Of a DNA stretch of 64,000 nt, positions 59,914-64,000 are shown in pieces. The notes beneath the pieces are model-generated. The model ran no database searches, was not told the origin of the DNA, and saw only the letters and a list, made by a program, of their open reading frames with translations. A program made the position numbers and the translations under genes. The stretch comes from Thermoanaerobaculia bacterium (GTDB lineage: Bacteria; Acidobacteriota; Thermoanaerobaculia; Multivoradales; Multivoraceae): the NCBI GenBank assembly GCA_963664405.1, contig OY761158.1, positions 4,608,001 through 4,672,000 of the forward strand, given 5' to 3'. Position 1 is the first letter of the stretch; each line of letters opens with the position of its first letter.

Positions 59914-60837
59914 ATGACCAAGCTTTGTGAAGATCGCGTCTGTATCGTCACCGGCGGCGCGCGCGGAATCGGCCGCGACTACGCTCTGATGCTCGCCGAG
60001 CATGGCGCCAAGGTCGTCGTCAACGACCTCGGTGGTGCCCGTGATGGGGTCGGCGCGGATGTCGGACCGGCCCAGGGCGTCGTCAAGGAGATTGTCGCCG
60101 CGGGCGGCGAAGCCGTTGCCAACGGCGCAGATGTCAGTGATTTCGAGCAGGCAAGGGAGATGATCCAGCAGGCGATCGATACCTACGGGCGACTCGACGT
60201 TCTGATCAGCAATGCCGGCATCCTTCGCGACCGCATGTTGGTCAACATGGCGGAGCACGAGTGGGACGCTGTCATCAAGGTCCACCTCAAGGGGACCTTC
60301 GCACCGGCTCATCACGCCGCCGCCTACTGGCGCGACCAGTCCAAGGCCGGTACGCCGGTGGACGCTCGCCTGATCAACACCTCCTCGGTGTCGGGGATCT
60401 ACGGCAATATGGGCCAGACCAACTACGGCGCTGCCAAAGCAGGCATCGGTGCGTTTACGATCATTGCCTCACGCGAGCTCAAGCGCTACGGGGTAACCGT
60501 CAACTGCATTGCTCCTGGCGCACTGACTCGGCTCACCGAGGACCTCGTGGTTGGAGAGATCACCGACGAGATGAAGGTGGCGCGGGATCCCCGCTGGGTT
60601 GCGCCGATCGTTACCTGGCTGGCAAGCAGCGAGTCACGCGATGTCAGCGGCAGGATGTTCGAGGCCAGCGGTCGGACGCTTGCGATCGCGGAGAGCTGGC
60701 ATCGCGGCCCGACGGTCGATCCGGTCGAGGATCCGACCATCCTGGGACCCATCGTCCACCGCATGGTGGAAAGTGCACGGCTCAATGCGGGCTTGGACGG
60801 AAAGGACCTGGACGGCGGCCTACTGTCAGACGGCTAG
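59914..60837 (+). CDS. SDR (3-hydroxyacyl-CoA dehydrogenase-like)
   Basis: TGGARGIG, VVVNDLG, NAGILRDR, GQTNYGAAK. Confidence 0.92.
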   Translation: MTKLCEDRVCIVTGGARGIGRDYALMLAEHGAKVVVNDLGGARDGVGADVGPAQGVVKEIVAAGGEAVANGADVSDFEQAREMIQQAIDTYGRLDVLISNAGILRDRMLVNMAEHEWDAVIKVHLKGTFAPAHHAAAYWRDQSKAGTPVDARLINTSSVSGIYGNMGQTNYGAAKAGIGAFTIIASRELKRYGVTVNCIAPGALTRLTEDLVVGEITDEMKVARDPRWVAPIVTWLASSESRDVSGRMFEASGRTLAIAESWHRGPTVDPVEDPTILGPIVHRMVESARLNAGLDGKDLDGGLLSDG

Positions 60838-60840
60838 CGT

Positions 60841-60957
60841 CGAGCCTCCAGAAATGATTGCTATCATTTCCTCCGGCTCGTTTCCTGTTTGGCGCCGAGG
60901 ACGGCGCACTTGGGCGTTGCTTCCTATTCGCTTCGGACAGCGGTTTCGTTCCTGCCG
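60841..60957. repeat. Second (left-half) copy of the REPIN-like element
   Basis: Colinear with 49877-~49992: GAAATGATTGCTATCATTTC hairpin, TTTGGCGCCGAGGACGGCGCACT, TTGCTTCCTATTCGCTTCGG. Confidence 0.85.
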
Positions 60958-60968
60958 CGCGGACTCCT

Positions 60969-62339
60969 CTAGGAGTCTCGCCCCGTCGCGGCGCGGCCGA
61001 CGGCTACCAGCTCGGTCAGAGTTCGGAAGTAGAGCACGCCATCGGTGATAGCGGGAGAGGAGAGCATGCGTCCGCCGATATCATTCTGTGCGAGAACCTC
61101 GAGCTCTTTGGCGGCAGCCACGACAAAGGTGACGCCGTCTTCGGAGTTGAAGTACACCTTGCCGTCGCCGGCCACCGCGGACGCGACGAAACTGAACCTG
61201 CCGCCGCCGAGTCTGTGTTCGTAGTGCTTTTCCCCGGTCTTGGCGTCGAACACCGCCAGCACGCCGTTGTCCCGGCCGACGTAGTGCAGCCCTTCGTAGA
61301 CGACGGTCGTGGGCATATAGGAGCCGCCGCGCTCCTTCGCCCATGCCAGCTGCTCGGTGGTGAGCGCTCCAGTGGCGCTGGTCGGCACGACGTAGATCGG
61401 ACTGCCGCCACCATGCGAGCTCGTCAGGTAGATCAGGTTGTCGACGACGAAGGGTGTCGGGGTCGGAATGTCCCCGGTCCCGGCCATAGACCACAGCTGA
61501 GCACCGCTGCCGAAATCATAGCCGCCGATGTGGCGATAGCCGTTGACGATGACCTGTTTGCGCTCCCCGTCGTCGTGCACCGTCGGGGTGGACCAGGTCG
61601 GGACATCCTTACGTGCCACGCGCCAGATCTCAGCGCCATCTTCGACCCTGAAGGCGGCGAGAAAAGACCCTCTCTGCACGTCGGCCTGAACGATGATGCG
61701 GCCCTCGTCGAGTACCGGTGAGGCCGCGTAGCCCCACTGCGCTTGCGGCGCCCTGAAGAAGCCGGAGTCGAGTAGGCCGAGGTCCTTTCTCCAGCGCAGA
61801 GTGCCGTCTAGATCGTAAACGAAGAGCCCTTCGGACCCGAAGGAGACGACTAAATTTTCGCCGTCGGTCGCCGCGCTCGGGTTGGCGTGAGTCGACTTCA
61901 GATGCCGCTTGATTTGCGGTACCGTCTCGATTGCGGTCCGCTGCCAGAGGACCTCGCCGGTGTTGCGGTCGAGGCAATAGACCGCGTAGCGATGGACCGA
62001 GTCGTCGATCACTGGATCAATATCGCCGTAGAGGCCGGTGCGGATTCCCGCGTCGTCCTTTTCGCTGACAGCCGTGGTCACGAAGAGCTTGTCGCCCCAT
62101 ATGACTGGGCTCGAGTGGCCCAGACCAGGGATCGGCGTCCGCCACAGAATGCCGGTGCCGCTTTCGCCATTCCATTCGACCGGCAACGGCGACCCGTCGG
62201 CCACGCCGCGGGCTCCCTGCCCGCGGAACTGGGGCCATTGCTGAGCGGCCACGTTCTGGCCCGCGACCCACACCAAGAGCGCCGCCAGAACTGGAACCAG
62301 ACCCGAATAGCGTCCGCGGCGGAGACTCATACTCAACAT
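60969..62339 (-). CDS. Secreted PQQ-like beta-propeller protein
   Basis: WPQFRG, GHSSPVIWG, WSTP, SSPAI. Confidence 0.88.
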   Translation of the reverse strand: MLSMSLRRGRYSGLVPVLAALLVWVAGQNVAAQQWPQFRGQGARGVADGSPLPVEWNGESGTGILWRTPIPGLGHSSPVIWGDKLFVTTAVSEKDDAGIRTGLYGDIDPVIDDSVHRYAVYCLDRNTGEVLWQRTAIETVPQIKRHLKSTHANPSAATDGENLVVSFGSEGLFVYDLDGTLRWRKDLGLLDSGFFRAPQAQWGYAASPVLDEGRIIVQADVQRGSFLAAFRVEDGAEIWRVARKDVPTWSTPTVHDDGERKQVIVNGYRHIGGYDFGSGAQLWSMAGTGDIPTPTPFVVDNLIYLTSSHGGGSPIYVVPTSATGALTTEQLAWAKERGGSYMPTTVVYEGLHYVGRDNGVLAVFDAKTGEKHYEHRLGGGRFSFVASAVAGDGKVYFNSEDGVTFVVAAAKELEVLAQNDIGGRMLSSPAITDGVLYFRTLTELVAVGRAATGRDS

Positions 62340-62395
62340 GCGGGAACTGTATCGGATCGTCGGCGCTCGCTCGACAGTTCTAGCTCGACGCGCTC

Positions 62396-63205
62396 CTAGC
62401 GCCCCTTGAATCGAGGCTCGCGCTTCTCCTGGAAGGAGCGCACGCCTTCTTCGCCGTCTTCACTGGCCTCGCACACACTCTGCGCGAAGGCTTCGTAGGC
62501 GGTGATGCTGTCGAAACTGTCACCTTCGAAGGTGCGGAAGGCGATCTTCTTCATGAACTCGATCGCCAGCGAGGGCCCCGAGGCGATCTGCTCCGCGATC
62601 TCGCGGCAGGCGGGCAGGAGCTGGTCGGCGGCAACGACCCGATTGACCAGACCGAGCTCGAGCGACCGTTCTGCGCCGATGATCTCTCCGCTGTACATGA
62701 ACTCCAGTGCCGGCCCGAGCCCCATGATCTTGACCAGAAAGTAGATGCCGCCGTTGTCGGGCACGCGCCCACGTTTGACGAAGAGCGCCCCGAGCTTGGC
62801 GTCCTCCGAGGCGATGCGAAAGTCACACATGAGACCGGCGGAGAGTGCTCCACCGAGGGCGTGCCCGTTGAAGGCGCCGATGACCGGTTTGCGGCAGCGC
62901 CACAGGGCGTACTGCAACTGGCCTCCCAGCGAAAGGGGCAGCAGCCGGGTGCCGCGAGGGAACTCGGGCCCATAAGGCGCCACTCCCGCCAGCTTGGGGT
63001 CCGAGAAATCGCGCCCGGCCGACCAGGCGCGCCCTGCGCCGGTCCAGATCACGCACTTGATGTCGTCGTTTCGCTCCACCTCCTCGAAGGCGGCGACGAG
63101 AGAATCCATCATGTCCATCGATTGGGCGTTGAGCTTGTGCGGCCGGTTCATGGTCAGAGTGACCACCCCACCGTCTTCTTCCCAGATCACATCCTTCAGT
63201 TCCAT
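62396..63205 (-). CDS. Enoyl-CoA hydratase/isomerase family
   Basis: MNRPHKLNA, KPVIGAFNGHALGG, CDFRIASEDA, FQEKREPRFKG. Confidence 0.92.
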   Translation of the reverse strand: MELKDVIWEEDGGVVTLTMNRPHKLNAQSMDMMDSLVAAFEEVERNDDIKCVIWTGAGRAWSAGRDFSDPKLAGVAPYGPEFPRGTRLLPLSLGGQLQYALWRCRKPVIGAFNGHALGGALSAGLMCDFRIASEDAKLGALFVKRGRVPDNGGIYFLVKIMGLGPALEFMYSGEIIGAERSLELGLVNRVVAADQLLPACREIAEQIASGPSLAIEFMKKIAFRTFEGDSFDSITAYEAFAQSVCEASEDGEEGVRSFQEKREPRFKGR

Positions 63206-63242
63206 TTTTTCTCCAGACGAGCCGACTCGAGTGTCGATCGGG

Positions 63243-64000
63243 CTAGCCGACGTTCACCCAGATCGGTGAGCTCCAGGCGGTCTGACCGTCGATCTGCACC
63301 ACCCTGACGTAGTAGTAGTTGAGGCCCTCTTCGGGCTCCATGTCTTGATAGACAAAATCGATCGCGGCCTCCCCTGGGGCGCTGCGATAGATGGAGACGT
63401 TGTTGCGCAGGATCTCGACGTTGGCGATCTCTCCAGTTCCCACCGCCTTCACACGAATGGACGGCACGCGGTCGGCGGAGAGCTCATCGCCCATGAAGTG
63501 ATCGCCGATCCAGAACTCGAGCACGATGTTGTCGGTCGCGGCGTAGGCCCGCCTCTGTCGCATCGCCTCGAGCACCGCCTCGCGAGTGCGCTCCTCGGTC
63601 CACACCATGGCGTAGGAGATGTGAGTAGAGAGATGGTCGGAGCTGGCGATGACCCCGAGGCGATAACCCTTGGCCCAGGCGTTGGAGACGAAGCCGGCAT
63701 CTTCGGTCTGGGTCAGCACGTTCTGCGCCTCCGAGCCAACATCGGTGAGCGGTGCCCCCGGCATCTCGTAGCTGTGCCGATCGCCCTGAAAGATCTCCAC
63801 CAGAGGCTCGATCTCAGGGTCATTATCGCGCCAATCGGTACCCATAGTGGTGGCGCTGGTGTGGGGGATGGTGATGCCTCCGCTCCGGCGCACCTCCTCG
63901 TAGAGGAGCTTGGTGTCGTCCTCCTGCACCGAGGGTGCTCCATTGTGGTAGCGGATGTTGGGAAAGGTCGAGTAGCTGGTTTTCTCGAAGAAGGGCACAG
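63243..64000 (-). CDS. DUF3604/PHP-like metallohydrolase, C-terminal part (runs off the window)
   Basis: IPHTSAT, VEIFQG, GVIASSDH, YYYVRV..AWSSPIW. Confidence 0.8.
   Translation of the reverse strand, partial: VPFFEKTSYSTFPNIRYHNGAPSVQEDDTKLLYEEVRRSGGITIPHTSATTMGTDWRDNDPEIEPLVEIFQGDRHSYEMPGAPLTDVGSEAQNVLTQTEDAGFVSNAWAKGYRLGVIASSDHLSTHISYAMVWTEERTREAVLEAMRQRRAYAATDNIVLEFWIGDHFMGDELSADRVPSIRVKAVGTGEIANVEILRNNVSIYRSAPGEAAIDFVYQDMEPEEGLNYYYVRVVQIDGQTAWSSPIWVNVG

Overview
GC-rich bacterial window. An acidobacterial duplicated orphan ABC permease, CRTAC1/FG-GAP proteins, several PQQ beta-propellers and DUF3604-type hydrolases suggest Acidobacteriota (inference). Content is mostly accessory catabolic and envelope genes, with many signs of gene erosion: about 14 pseudogenes or fragments. 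Mobile DNA comprises an ISAzo13 element with a -1 frameshift, an IS1380 element, a nested IS30/IS3 composite that splits a gene, and two families of CTAG-associated palindromic mini-elements. The first is a ~160-bp MITE-like family (three type A copies, one type B copy) whose types share a ~52-nt core with compensatory changes but have different arms; one copy interrupts a gene with a target duplication. The second is a REPIN-like element with 40-bp terminal hairpins that IS1380 has hit. A ~6 kb mosaic of unrelated gene fragments replaces the middle of a nitronate monooxygenase gene. An orphan NorQ/NorD-like (CbbQ/CbbO) pair and a stand-alone ketosynthase with a large insertion are also notable. 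No rRNA, tRNA or CRISPR array was seen. All family calls come from motif recognition, not database searches.
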